The notes: a model not told the origin generated them from the letters alone. A stretch of DNA of 64,000 nucleotides from Aureliella sp. (GCA_963691875.1 OY829846.1:2784001-2848000); one strand, 5' to 3'; positions 10,193 through 19,447 are shown, numbered from the stretch's first letter. Made by a program: numbers and translations.

Positions 10193-11188
10193 ATGCATGA
10201 GAAAGAGGACTTTGCGCCGCGTCAGGACGGTTCGTCGGCACAAACCCCATGTGTTACAGCGATAGGGAATTCGGAATTTCTGGATACTGTTCTAGCTGGA
10301 CTGAGTAGCTCCTCGAAATATTTGTCATGCAAGTATTTCTACGACGAGCGTGGTTCAGAGCTCTTCGACCGAATATGCGAGCTCGACGAATACTATCCCA
10401 CTCGCACTGAGCTCTTGATAACTCGTGAGAATGCCAAGTCGATTGCCGCAGCCCTCGGTGACGACTGCGCCCTAATCGAGTTCGGAAGCGGCAGCAGCTT
10501 GAAGACGCGCGTACTGCTTGATGAGCTATCCAACTTGGCTGCCTACTTGCCAGTAGATGTCTCTGAAGAATATTTGCTGAAGATCGCAGCCAGGTTGCGG
10601 GGCGAGTATCCGGACCTCGAAATCTGTCCAATCGTCGCTGACTTTACCAAGCCATTCGAGTTGCCCGAGAAGCTTGAGCACTGTTCTCCGTGCGTTTATT
10701 TTCCTGGATCGACGATTGGGAATTTCGAGCGATCACAGGCCGTGAAGCTACTTCGTAATATGACTGAACTCTGCGGCACCGGTGGCAAATCCTTGATCGG
10801 TTTTGACCTGCAAAAAGCGAAGCAAGTTCTGGAGCTGGCCTACGATGACCCTCAAGGTGTCACCGCCGAGTTCAATCTGAATCTGCTGGCTCGAATCAAT
10901 CGAGAGCTGGATGGTGATTTTGAATTAGAGAAGTTTCAGCACCACAGTTGCTACAACGAGAGCGAAGGCCGAGTTGAGATTTTCATCAGGAGCCTGAGTT
11001 ATCAGGTTGCTACTGTCGCCGGGCAAAAGTTTGAGTTTGCAGAAGATGAGTTGATTTTCACCGAGCATTCGCACAAGTACACCGTGGCGAGTTTCTCTGC
11101 AATGGCCGCTGAAGCCGGTATGCAACCCGAGCAGGTATGGACGGATTCTCGCAACTACTTCGCACTCATGCTTCTCACTTGTAAATGA
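10193..11188 (+). CDS. egtD: L-histidine N-alpha-trimethyltransferase
   Basis: KYFYDERGSELFDRIC..EYYPTRTE, EFGSGSS, FPGSTIGN, AYDDPQGVTAEFNLN and TEHSHKY motifs. Start approximate. Confidence 0.93.
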   Translation: MHEKEDFAPRQDGSSAQTPCVTAIGNSEFLDTVLAGLSSSSKYLSCKYFYDERGSELFDRICELDEYYPTRTELLITRENAKSIAAALGDDCALIEFGSGSSLKTRVLLDELSNLAAYLPVDVSEEYLLKIAARLRGEYPDLEICPIVADFTKPFELPEKLEHCSPCVYFPGSTIGNFERSQAVKLLRNMTELCGTGGKSLIGFDLQKAKQVLELAYDDPQGVTAEFNLNLLARINRELDGDFELEKFQHHSCYNESEGRVEIFIRSLSYQVATVAGQKFEFAEDELIFTEHSHKYTVASFSAMAAEAGMQPEQVWTDSRNYFALMLLTCK

Positions 11189-12441
11189 ATGCAGCGACCA
11201 CAGAAGTATCCAAGGCCGATATCGCCACGCGTTATCAGCGTGTTCGAAGCTTTAGCTTACAGATCGCCGAGCCGCTTTCGCCCGAAGACTGCGCAATGCA
11301 GACAATGCCTGACGTGAGTCCCACTCGCTGGCACCTAGCACACACAACATGGTTCTTCGAGACGTTCATTCTTGGCCAAAGCGAGAGCTATCAGTGCTTT
11401 GATGCCGCCTTCGAGCACCTGTTCAATTCGTACTACAACAGCATCGGAGAACAGTTCCCTCGCCATCGTCGCGGCACGCTTTCGCGCCCCAGTCTGCCCG
11501 AAACGCTGGACTATCGTAGCCATGTCGATGAGGCGATGCAGAAGTTGCTAGGTTCCGCTTGCGATGCGGAACTATTGCGAGTTCTCGAGCTCGGGCTGCA
11601 GCACGAGCAACAGCATCAGGAGCTGATGCTGACGGATATCAAGCACGTCTTGTATTCCAATCCTTTGTTGCCAGCCTACGACATCTCAGCCAAACTTGAC
11701 TCAGCTGAAACGCCAGAACGTGAGTGGTGGCACTGCGAAGCACAATTAGCCGATGTCGGGCATGCAGCCGACACATTTTGCTTTGACAATGAATTGCCAC
11801 GGCATCGGACGTACCTGCAAGAACACTCAATTGCTTCGACCTGTGTCACCAACGGTGAGTATCTCAAGTTCATCGATGCTGGGGGATATCAAGAACCAAC
11901 ACATTGGCTCTCGCTCGGGTGGGCGACCGTCCAGCAAGAGAACTGGCAAAGCCCACTTTATTGGCGACTGGAAGATGACAGTTGGTTCGAATTCACTCTG
12001 GGGGGGTTAAGGCCGCTCAATCCCAACTTACCAGTCACTCACATCAGCTTCTTTGAGGCAGACGCCTACGCCCGCTGGGCGGGTTTGCGGCTACCGACTG
12101 AGTTTGAATGGGAATATTGGTCTGGCCGCCAAGCGACGATGCCTTCTGACTGTTTTGCAGATCAACTGCTCCAAGGTAAGGACTGTATTCACCCGCGAGC
12201 AGGCAGGACCAGCCTGCTTGGCAATACCTGGCAGTGGACAGCAAGTCCGTATTTGGCTTATCCAGGATACACTGCTCCAAATGGAGCTTTGGGCGAATAC
12301 AACGGCAAGTTCATGTGTAATCAATTTGTTCTTCGAGGCGGCTCTTGCGCCACTTCAAGTGACCACATCCGCAAAACGTACCGCAACTTCTTTCCCCCCG
12401 ATGCCCGCTGGCAATTCACAGGAATTCGGCTCGCTCGCTGA
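11185..12441 (+). CDS. egtB: Ergothioneine biosynthesis sulfoxide synthase
   Basis: SPTRWHLAHTTWFFE, FNSYY, iron-binding HEQQHQE, FGE-like domain RLPTEFEWE..YRNFF. Overlaps the egtD stop. Confidence 0.9.
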   Translation: MNAATTEVSKADIATRYQRVRSFSLQIAEPLSPEDCAMQTMPDVSPTRWHLAHTTWFFETFILGQSESYQCFDAAFEHLFNSYYNSIGEQFPRHRRGTLSRPSLPETLDYRSHVDEAMQKLLGSACDAELLRVLELGLQHEQQHQELMLTDIKHVLYSNPLLPAYDISAKLDSAETPEREWWHCEAQLADVGHAADTFCFDNELPRHRTYLQEHSIASTCVTNGEYLKFIDAGGYQEPTHWLSLGWATVQQENWQSPLYWRLEDDSWFEFTLGGLRPLNPNLPVTHISFFEADAYARWAGLRLPTEFEWEYWSGRQATMPSDCFADQLLQGKDCIHPRAGRTSLLGNTWQWTASPYLAYPGYTAPNGALGEYNGKFMCNQFVLRGGSCATSSDHIRKTYRNFFPPDARWQFTGIRLAR

Positions 12442-12711
12442 TTCAGAACCACCGAGAAACCTGACTCCTTAACCCGAAGCTAACCCGAAGCGAGAGCATC
12501 AGAACGGCTTGGGTAACCGTAGGTGGTGCGTTACTCTAACCACGGTAAACAGCCTGAAAAGCTAGCATCGGGACTGCCCGTTCCCTTGGCTGTTGCCTAC
12601 CTTCACTGCTCTTGACTTTGAGAGCGCGAATTCTGTAGGGAACTATTCTGAGTGTATTTTTTGGGGAATTGTGTTTCGTCGTCTCGCCCACGCGCGGCAA
12701 AGGTAGAGCAA

Positions 12712-13035
12712 ATGGCCAACCGCAGACTATTATTCAAGGCGATGTTTGCGGGCGTTGTTGGTTTGATACCCTTGCGCAGTGCCTCCGCCCAACAGATAGA
12801 GCGAAACAAAGTTAGGCTGGAGGACCAGCTCATTAGTGGCTTGCGAGCCGCTACGCCTGGTCAGAAGGACTATTTGCGGCAAATCGTGGCATTGGTCAAC
12901 GCTGGCACCCTGCCTCGTCAGATGGTAAATCTGCTTTATACTTGGGCCATCAAGCGGAACCCTAAAGTTCCGTTTCCATACTTTCAATTCGCGCTCCGCG
13001 TATTGGCCAAGCGTCGCGGCATTACAGTACCTTAA
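12712..13035 (+). CDS. Small hypothetical protein with Tat-like signal
   Basis: MANRRLLFKAMFAGVVGLIPLRSASA, then a helical domain ending PFPYFQFALRVLAKRRG. Confidence 0.65.
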   Translation: MANRRLLFKAMFAGVVGLIPLRSASAQQIERNKVRLEDQLISGLRAATPGQKDYLRQIVALVNAGTLPRQMVNLLYTWAIKRNPKVPFPYFQFALRVLAKRRGITVP

Positions 13036-13050
13036 GCTCAGGGTGGCGAC

Positions 13051-13116
13051 TCTTCACAACCAGATGCGCAAGTGAGGAAACTGTTTTCTTTGCATAGCTC
13101 ACGCGTCGTGTGAAGA
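13051..13116. repeat. REP-like inverted pair (family A, degenerate)
   Basis: tcttcacaaccagatgcgcaagtgagg ... gctcacgcgtcgtgtgaaga. Confidence 0.55.
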
Positions 13117-13249
13117 ATCGTGTTTGCAGAACCGGGCAGAGGCCCGAACCTGCCACCCTGGAAATCATGCTCAACTGGGTACTTCTGGATGTCTTTGCTG
13201 CGTCGGCCAACCTCTGCGGCAGTGCGCATATCTTGCTGCCAAGTTGAAG

Positions 13250-13738
13250 ATGCATCACATTCAGATTTTTTCCTGCGGTGGGACGATCGACAAAGTCTAC
13301 TTCGATGCCAAGAGTGACTACGAGGTAGGCGAAACACAGATCCAAGAAATCTTTCGACGGGCCAACGTTTGTTTCGAGCATTCTATTGCATCGCTAATGC
13401 GCAAAGACAGTCTCGAAATGACCGACACGGATCGTGAGTTGATTTGCGGTGAAGTCAAGAAGTGCTCGCACTCGCGGATCTTGATCACGCACGGTACCGA
13501 TACCATGCCAGATACGGCTCGAGCTCTTTCGCATCTTACTGAAAGAACCATCGTCTTGACTGGTTCGATGACTCCGTCGCGTTTTGAGGCTTCTGATGCC
13601 GAATTCAATATTGGGTGTGCTGTCGGCGCTTTGCTTAGTCAACCACCTGGAGTCTACATCGCCATGAACGGCATCGTGTTCGCTGGAGACAAAGTCCGCA
13701 AGAATCGGGAGGCCGGGCGGTTTGAGGTGATAGAGTAG
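13250..13738 (+). CDS. Short asparaginase (N-terminal catalytic domain only)
   Basis: GGTIDK, KDSLEM, HGTDTM, VLTGS and SDAEFN motifs. 162 aa from the ATG at 13250. Confidence 0.88.
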   Translation: MHHIQIFSCGGTIDKVYFDAKSDYEVGETQIQEIFRRANVCFEHSIASLMRKDSLEMTDTDRELICGEVKKCSHSRILITHGTDTMPDTARALSHLTERTIVLTGSMTPSRFEASDAEFNIGCAVGALLSQPPGVYIAMNGIVFAGDKVRKNREAGRFEVIE

Positions 13739-13824
13739 GTTACGCTTAACGGAATCCTGTGCTGTGGACCTCGTCAAGAGTTTTGGCCGTGCCACAAACC
13801 CAAGTTTTGAGCCGGGGCTGTGAC

Positions 13825-14214
13825 ATGCAGTACTACTTCCTAGGCGTTGGAATCATCATTACCCTGCTGGCGGCCTGCTTTACCATTCAGCACATTTACT
13901 TGTTCTTGATGGGGCATCGCGCATCGGGAGAAGTTGTCGACGTGGAGGAGCGTTTGCGATTCTCAGGCAATCGCAACAAGAAAACCTACTTTCACGCCGT
14001 CATTGAATTCGATGACGCAGAGGGCAATGGTTTTCGATTTACCCATGGCTACGGATCGACGACGCGGAAGCCTGAAATCGGCAGCCGCATTCCAGTTTTG
14101 TTCTTCGATCCGAACAAGGCTCGAGTCAACAGCTTCATGGGAATGTGGGCTGGGCCACTTGCCGCAATCATTCTTGGCGCAGGTTGTCTCTACGCTGGAC
14201 TTTCAGGATCATAG
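13825..14214 (+). CDS. DUF3592-like membrane protein
   Basis: TM helix, ASGEVV, beta-rich middle (IEFDDAEG..IPVLFFDPNKA), C-terminal TM helix. Confidence 0.75.
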   Translation: MQYYFLGVGIIITLLAACFTIQHIYLFLMGHRASGEVVDVEERLRFSGNRNKKTYFHAVIEFDDAEGNGFRFTHGYGSTTRKPEIGSRIPVLFFDPNKARVNSFMGMWAGPLAAIILGAGCLYAGLSGS

Positions 14215-14234
14215 CCACATAGCTGTGGGGCGAC

Positions 14235-15173
14235 TCACGCGTTAATTCGCTTGAGCACCGTATCGAGAGTTGGTCGCAAGGAGTTGCCACTGTTCCGGAT
14301 GCCTTGCAATTCCTTAGGCCAGAGCTCGAGCTCGATGCGTTCAACAGCTCCGGCACATCCAACTACAGTTGGAACAGAAAGTGCAACGTCCCGAACGCCA
14401 AAGCAACCATCCTGAACGGTGCTGACAGGCAGGATCTTGCGACTGTCGAGCAATATCGATTCAATGACATCTCGAATGGCGATGCCGACCGCAAAACCCG
14501 CTCCGCCTTTGCGGCTGATGACTTCAGCCCCCGAGCCCTTGGTCCGTTTGAACAGTTCGTTTGCCAAGTTATTGTTCCAACCTGGGTACTTCTCTAGAGG
14601 CAATCCGCCGATTGCGGCGCTGGACCAGATCGGAACCATACTGTCTCCGTGCTCCCCGAGAATCAGCGCCTTGGTCTGAGTCGGCGGTACATTGATCTGC
14701 TGCGAGATCAAGCTGCAGAATCGAATGGTGTCTAGTTGCGTGCCAAGTCCCAAAACTTGCGTTTCAGGCAAGCCGAGCGATTTGGCTGCAACGTAAGTCA
14801 GAATGTCGACAGGATTGCTGACCACCAAAACTTTCGCAGATGGCTTGAGACCAGCCGATTTAACTTGCTGCAAGATCTGTACGAACAAATCTGTGTTTCG
14901 ATTGATCAAGTCCAACCGTGTCTCGTCTGGCTTGCGACGCAAACCTGCGGTGATGCAAACAACGTCGCTAGACGGAATGTGCTCGTAGGAACCCGAGGTG
15001 ATAACTTGATCGGCGACGCTCGGGGCACCATGCAGGATGTCCAAAGCTTGACCTAGTGCGAGTTCCGTATTGACGTCGATCAATGCGATTTCTCGCGCGA
15101 CTTGACCGCACTGCAGTGCAAATCCTGCACAGGAACCAACCAAACCGCCGCCACCTACAATGCTGACTTTCAT
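14235..15173 (-). CDS. Lactate/malate dehydrogenase (PVM locus)
   Basis: IVGGGGLVG, TAGLRRKPDETRLDL, VSNPVD, GTQLDTIR and GEHGDS motifs. Confidence 0.92.
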   Translation of the reverse strand: MKVSIVGGGGLVGSCAGFALQCGQVAREIALIDVNTELALGQALDILHGAPSVADQVITSGSYEHIPSSDVVCITAGLRRKPDETRLDLINRNTDLFVQILQQVKSAGLKPSAKVLVVSNPVDILTYVAAKSLGLPETQVLGLGTQLDTIRFCSLISQQINVPPTQTKALILGEHGDSMVPIWSSAAIGGLPLEKYPGWNNNLANELFKRTKGSGAEVISRKGGAGFAVGIAIRDVIESILLDSRKILPVSTVQDGCFGVRDVALSVPTVVGCAGAVERIELELWPKELQGIRNSGNSLRPTLDTVLKRINA

Positions 15174-15220
15174 GTTCTTGCTCTATTCGCTAATTGGAGT
15201 TTAGTACTAGCCTCATAGTT

Positions 15221-15254
15221 ACTCTCCTTGGGGAGAGACACGAGCGGAGAGGGG
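15221..15254 (+). repeat. Intergenic repeat family C, copy 1
   Basis: actctccttggggagagacacgagcggagagggg is the reverse complement of 17537-17579 apart from a 9-nt indel. Confidence 0.75.
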
Positions 15255-15388
15255 CACTCCCCCTCGCTAGGGCTCCGACCCTGCCCTCCGAAAGCGACAT
15301 CCGGTCGCTGGTCGTTTCGGCAGGAGGTTAGGTTGTTTTTAACAGTAGGTCCATGGTCTCAATTGACAGATGAAAAACCTGCGCTGCT

Positions 15389-16303
15389 CTACTGACTCAA
15401 CTGACTCAACTGACTCAACTGACTCATGACTTGATCCGTAATCAACTTCACGAGACGCTCTTCGTCTAAGTTTCCTGTACCACCTGCGTTTGAACCACTT
15501 GCGCTTGAACCAGCTGCTGGTGCGGAACCAGCCATAGCGCCGGCCATTGCGGGGGGTGCGTCGAAGGCTTGTCGCTCGACGCCCGATTCCTTCCAGCTCT
15601 CGCGGAAGATGTCATTGGCACAGATGTCGCAATCCTTGAATTCTTCGGTCAAACGTGGATCGGTGAAGCCCCATTTATCCTTCAGCTCCAAGAGCTCGAC
15701 ACTCTTCTGTTGGTCCAAGTAATTGACTTTGCCCAACTGACGAGAGAGCATCAAGATGCGGCAGTAGGCATCCAGGATCTCGGTCCACCAATAAGCTTTC
15801 TCTACGTCTTCACCAAAGCTCACGGTGCCGTGATTGGCCAAGATGATGACGTTACTCTTCTCGACGAATGGAATGATCGTGTCAGCGAATGCCTGTCCAC
15901 CAGGTGTTTCGTACTTCGTAATCGGCACATCCCCGAGGAACACCTCGACTTCTGGAAGAACACACTGAGGAATCGGTTCGCGGGCCACGGCGAAAGCCGT
16001 TGCGTGTGGAGGGTGGCAGTGCACAACCGACTTGATGTCCGGCCGCTGCTTGTAGATCTCCAAGTGCAAAAGAGCTTCACTACTGCGCTTCTTCCGGCCA
16101 GCTATTTGTTTACCTGTCATATCAACCGTGCTGATGTCGTCAGGCTTCAGAAAACCCTTCGAGTGCATGGTCGGCGTGCAAAGCACTTCATTGTCACTGA
16201 TGCGAACGGTGATGTTGCCGTCATTAGCCGCAGCGAAGCCCTTGTTGTAGATGCGACGTCCAATTTCGCAAATGTCTTGCTTGATTTTGTGAGCATTTAC
16301 CAT
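15389..16303 (-). CDS. Class II aldolase (fuculose/rhamnulose-phosphate aldolase-like) with C-terminal encapsulation peptide
   Basis: ANDGNIT, SSEALLH, VVHCHPP and LANHG motifs. A/G/S-rich linker, then LDEERLVKLITDQVMSQL. Confidence 0.93.
   Translation of the reverse strand: MVNAHKIKQDICEIGRRIYNKGFAAANDGNITVRISDNEVLCTPTMHSKGFLKPDDISTVDMTGKQIAGRKKRSSEALLHLEIYKQRPDIKSVVHCHPPHATAFAVAREPIPQCVLPEVEVFLGDVPITKYETPGGQAFADTIIPFVEKSNVIILANHGTVSFGEDVEKAYWWTEILDAYCRILMLSRQLGKVNYLDQQKSVELLELKDKWGFTDPRLTEEFKDCDICANDIFRESWKESGVERQAFDAPPAMAGAMAGSAPAAGSSASGSNAGGTGNLDEERLVKLITDQVMSQLSQLSQLSQ
15391..15426. repeat. 9-bp tandem repeat x4 (SQL repeat at the aldolase C-terminus)
   Basis: (actgactca)4, perfect. 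Confidence 0.95.
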
Positions 16304-16371
16304 TTCAATTCCTCATTAAATGCGGCTGCTGCCGGTTGGTTTTGACTTCAGTTGTTCGGTGTTGGGTATTG

Positions 16372-16683
16372 CTAGGCAAGTTTCAATTGTTCGACGACTT
16401 TCTCGTCGATGTGAATTTGGTCTAGGATTGCAGAACAGTATGCGTCGACAGGTTTTAGCTCTGGACGAAAGGCCTGGGCCGCTTCAGCTCCGTCACTGAC
16501 CGCTACCAGGTTTCCAGGGCCCGAAGAGCGATCGTCCCAAACGACGAGTAAGTCTGGTTCCTTCGGTGGCTCAGCTCCCAAGGTCGCGTGGCCTTGCGGT
16601 TCAGCCAATCGCAAGGCGGCGCCTTCGTAGCTGGGGTGACATCGACTAAGCGTGACATTACCGATGACTTTGTAGATCCTCAT
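16372..16683 (-). CDS. BMC pentameric vertex protein (EutN/CcmL, BMC-P)
   Basis: MRIYKVIGNVTLS..GPGNLVAVSDGAEA..PVDAYCSAILD. Confidence 0.85.
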   Translation of the reverse strand: MRIYKVIGNVTLSRCHPSYEGAALRLAEPQGHATLGAEPPKEPDLLVVWDDRSSGPGNLVAVSDGAEAAQAFRPELKPVDAYCSAILDQIHIDEKVVEQLKLA

Positions 16684-17351
16684 TTCAATCTCCTTAGCAT
16701 CAAGAGCGCCAACTTTTGAAGTTGATTCGCTTTCCAGGATTCTTGATCGATGATGACTACGTTCGGGTCCGCCTGGCTAACGGCTCGCTGCCAGTCCTCT
16801 AACCTGTGCAACTGAACAGCTTGGAGGCTGGAGTTACTTGCCGCAGCACGAATTGCGGCAAAAGGCGTGGTGGTGTTCCAGATCGCAGCCTTGCCACCTG
16901 AGTTCAAGTGAGCCGCGATGCGACGCACGTCAGCGGGTGAGTTTTTACTGCAAGCGGTGAATTCGCCCAGTGTTCCTAGGGCGGCATGCAGTGATCCACC
17001 GGCAACGACCAGCAGTCTGGAGTCAGGTCCTCCCGGCCAGGTATTGGGCGCAGGGGCAAAGTTGACCTTCTGAAGCTCAACTCCATGGCCACGGAGCTCG
17101 TCGAGCACCGCTGGTGTTAGCACAGCATTATGAGGAACTTGCAGGGATGTTTTGTCAGCAAGTTTGCCTTTGAGCGAATCCAGCGTGATCAGTCGCTCAT
17201 CGAGCACCAAGGTGCTGGCGGGTAGCGTTCCATCGCCTCCATGACTGGTTGCGTCGCTCGCTCCAGGCTTGGGGGATGACAGATTTCCACCAGCGAGACG
17301 TCGCAGGACGACTCGTACGATGGCTTCAACTTCGGCAGAAGTAATTGTCAT
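16680..17351 (-). CDS. PVM-locus hypothetical protein with N-terminal encapsulation-peptide-like helix
   Basis: SAEVEAIVRVVLRRL plus linker, LITLD..AVLTPAVLDELR segment, possible degenerate RpiB-like C-terminus. ATGA overlap with the next gene. Confidence 0.75.
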   Translation of the reverse strand: MTITSAEVEAIVRVVLRRLAGGNLSSPKPGASDATSHGGDGTLPASTLVLDERLITLDSLKGKLADKTSLQVPHNAVLTPAVLDELRGHGVELQKVNFAPAPNTWPGGPDSRLLVVAGGSLHAALGTLGEFTACSKNSPADVRRIAAHLNSGGKAAIWNTTTPFAAIRAAASNSSLQAVQLHRLEDWQRAVSQADPNVVIIDQESWKANQLQKLALLMLRRLK

Positions 17352-17390
17352 AGGTGGATGCAAATTGGTCGTAGGTTCAAAATGCTCTCA

Positions 17391-17449
17391 TAACACGAAG
17401 CGTCAGCGAGGCACCGAGGTCACGTCTTCCTCGCTCACGCTTCGGTTTC
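17391..17449. repeat. REP-like inverted pair (family A)
   Basis: aacacgaagcgtcagcgagg ... cctcgctcacgcttcggtt. Confidence 0.8.
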
Positions 17450-17536
17450 TTAGCAACAAGCTGGTGCCTTGGTTTTCATAAGTTTGGCGACTTATCCTCC
17501 CGCTTGCGGAGGTTCGGGTAATTGGGGCAGGGAAGG

Positions 17537-17579
17537 CCCCTCTCCGCTCGTGTCCCTCACGACTCTCCCCAAGGAGAGT
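17537..17579 (-). repeat. Intergenic repeat family C, copy 2
   Basis: cccctctccgctcgtgtccctcacgactctccccaaggagagt. Confidence 0.75.
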
Positions 17580-17599
17580 GAGTTGCGCAAAAAACTGGT

Positions 17600-17869
17600 T
17601 CATTCATTAGTTGGATCTACGATTCCTAGTACCGCCCAGCGGATGGGCGAGTTTTCGACTCCGAACATCTCGCGAATCGCCTTGCCATCGCTGGTGATGA
17701 TCACCCTTTCGCCCGCTCCAGCGCCGAAACGATCCACTACGAGCAGCGGTGCGCCATCCGGCGAGACACCGTCTGCCATGAGCGGCTGCGTAACGAGCAA
17801 CTTCTGACGCGCAAGCGTTTCATGCTTGACCGTGGAACTGCTGTGACCGACTACTAAAGCGACTTGCAT
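17600..17869 (-). CDS. BMC-P vertex protein (EutN/CcmL)
   Basis: MQVALVVG..STVKH..KLLV..VDRFGAGAGERV..WAVLGIVD. Confidence 0.9.
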   Translation of the reverse strand: MQVALVVGHSSSTVKHETLARQKLLVTQPLMADGVSPDGAPLLVVDRFGAGAGERVIITSDGKAIREMFGVENSPIRWAVLGIVDPTNE

Positions 17870-17875
17870 TCTCTC

Positions 17876-17909
17876 ACTTTGAAATTCGTTATTCCTTGTT
17901 CGGCATTCG
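17876..17909 (-). repeat. Heptamer-periodic intergenic repeat (family D), copy 2
   Basis: Reverse complement cgaatgccgaacaaggaataacgaatttcaaagt, similar to 6454-6487. Confidence 0.55.
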
Positions 17910-18007
17910 TTGTCGAATTCTGCCTCTTCCCGGAGCAAACCGGCGCGTTTGGCTGGGCGTTAAGCGAGTTCGGTGTCCAACGAAACGGCAAGTTTGAACC
18001 TTGCCTG

Positions 18008-19447
18008 CTAGGTTGTCTCTGGGCTGCCCAAAATCCATAGGTCTTCGATCAGGCTACAACGCCTCTCACGGGTAAAGGTCATCGGTGTAGTGACTCCTTC
18101 GCCAGTCGGGCCAGCAATGGAGAAGGATAGATAACCCTCGCCGCCCAAACCGAGGGCACTCATGCAGGGTCCATTCTTGACGAACAAAGTGGTGTCCAAG
18201 GCTCGTGCCATCTTGGTCATGTTTCGCACATCGCGCGAGTGGATGATGCTCGTGTGACGGAAGCCATGCTCGTAGTACTTGGCGAGCTCGATTGCTTCGT
18301 CCACATTGCTGCAGCGAACGAAGGGTACGAAAGGCATCATTTGCTCGACGTGCACAAAGGGATGATCCTTCGAAGTTTCACCATATACTAAGTCCGTCCC
18401 TGGATCGATGGTGACACCTGCGGCTGCAGCCAGCTTGGCTGCATCCTGACCGAGAAGGTCTTTGGTTGGAGCCAAGTGCTTGTCCTCGCCGACTTCTTGG
18501 AAAGCAGCAGCGGTCAATCGATCGATCTGAGTACCATTAAGTGGCACGGCTCCAGCTCGCTCCATTGCAGCCATCATCGCGTCAAACACCGACTCAACAA
18601 CGAAGACCTCCTTTTCGGCGATGCACAACAAGTTGTTATCGTACGAAGCACCTTGGATGATGCAGCGAGCCGCACGATCTAGGTCAGCCGTTTCATCGAC
18701 AACTACCGGCGGATTTCCAGGCCCAGCCACGATGGCTCGCTTGCCGCTGTTCAAAGCAGCACGTCCAACGGCGGGTCCCCCGGTGACGCAGATCAAGCTG
18801 ACATCACGATGACCGAATATCGTGCTGGCGGTTTCCAGTGTAGGTTCGCGAATAACACAGACCAAGTTATCAATGCCGATCTCACGCGAGATCGCTTCGT
18901 TGAACCGGCGAACGCCTTCCGCCGCAACTTTACGACCACTTGGGTGAGGATTGACGACAACGGTGTTGCCTGCCGCAATCATGCTGACCGCGTTGCCAGT
19001 GATCGTTGGCAAGGAGTGCGTGACAGGTGTAATAGCTCCGATGACGCCAAAGGGGGCGTGTTCGATAACGGCTAAGCCCTTGTCACCGCTGTAGGCCTGA
19101 GTCGACATGAACTCCGTGCCAGGTGACAAACGTCCGAGCGTTTCAAGCTTCTCGATCTTGTGCTGAAGTCGACCGATCTTGGTCTCATTCATCTCCATCG
19201 TACCGAGCTCAACAGCACCTTCGATTGAGATGCGGCGAATGATCTCAATCGCTTTCTTACGATCTTCCATCGGCCGCATTCTCAACTTCTCGAAAGCTTC
19301 GCGAGCCGCGGCGACTGCTTGGTTGGCATCGTCAAACACACCATACCGACCAGAGTCACTGCTGGAAGATTGTGGAGCCGCACCGCCGCGAACCTCTTGG
19401 ATGACTTGAGTCACGACGCTGCGAATAATGTCTTCGTTGATTTGCAT
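18008..19447 (-). CDS. CoA-acylating aldehyde dehydrogenase (EutE/PduP-like) with N-terminal encapsulation peptide
   Basis: APFGVIGAITPVTH, VTGGPAV, AGPGNPP, DNNLLCIAEKE, EQMMP and GPTGEGVT motifs. N-terminus INEDIIRSVVTQVIQEV. Confidence 0.95.
   Translation of the reverse strand: MQINEDIIRSVVTQVIQEVRGGAAPQSSSSDSGRYGVFDDANQAVAAAREAFEKLRMRPMEDRKKAIEIIRRISIEGAVELGTMEMNETKIGRLQHKIEKLETLGRLSPGTEFMSTQAYSGDKGLAVIEHAPFGVIGAITPVTHSLPTITGNAVSMIAAGNTVVVNPHPSGRKVAAEGVRRFNEAISREIGIDNLVCVIREPTLETASTIFGHRDVSLICVTGGPAVGRAALNSGKRAIVAGPGNPPVVVDETADLDRAARCIIQGASYDNNLLCIAEKEVFVVESVFDAMMAAMERAGAVPLNGTQIDRLTAAAFQEVGEDKHLAPTKDLLGQDAAKLAAAAGVTIDPGTDLVYGETSKDHPFVHVEQMMPFVPFVRCSNVDEAIELAKYYEHGFRHTSIIHSRDVRNMTKMARALDTTLFVKNGPCMSALGLGGEGYLSFSIAGPTGEGVTTPMTFTRERRCSLIEDLWILGSPETT

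Noticed and set aside
10193..12441. Selenoneine senABC cluster (egtB-like gene plus selD)
   Set aside because: No SenB glycosyltransferase, selD is 35 kb away in a Sec cluster, and the motifs fit ordinary EgtB.
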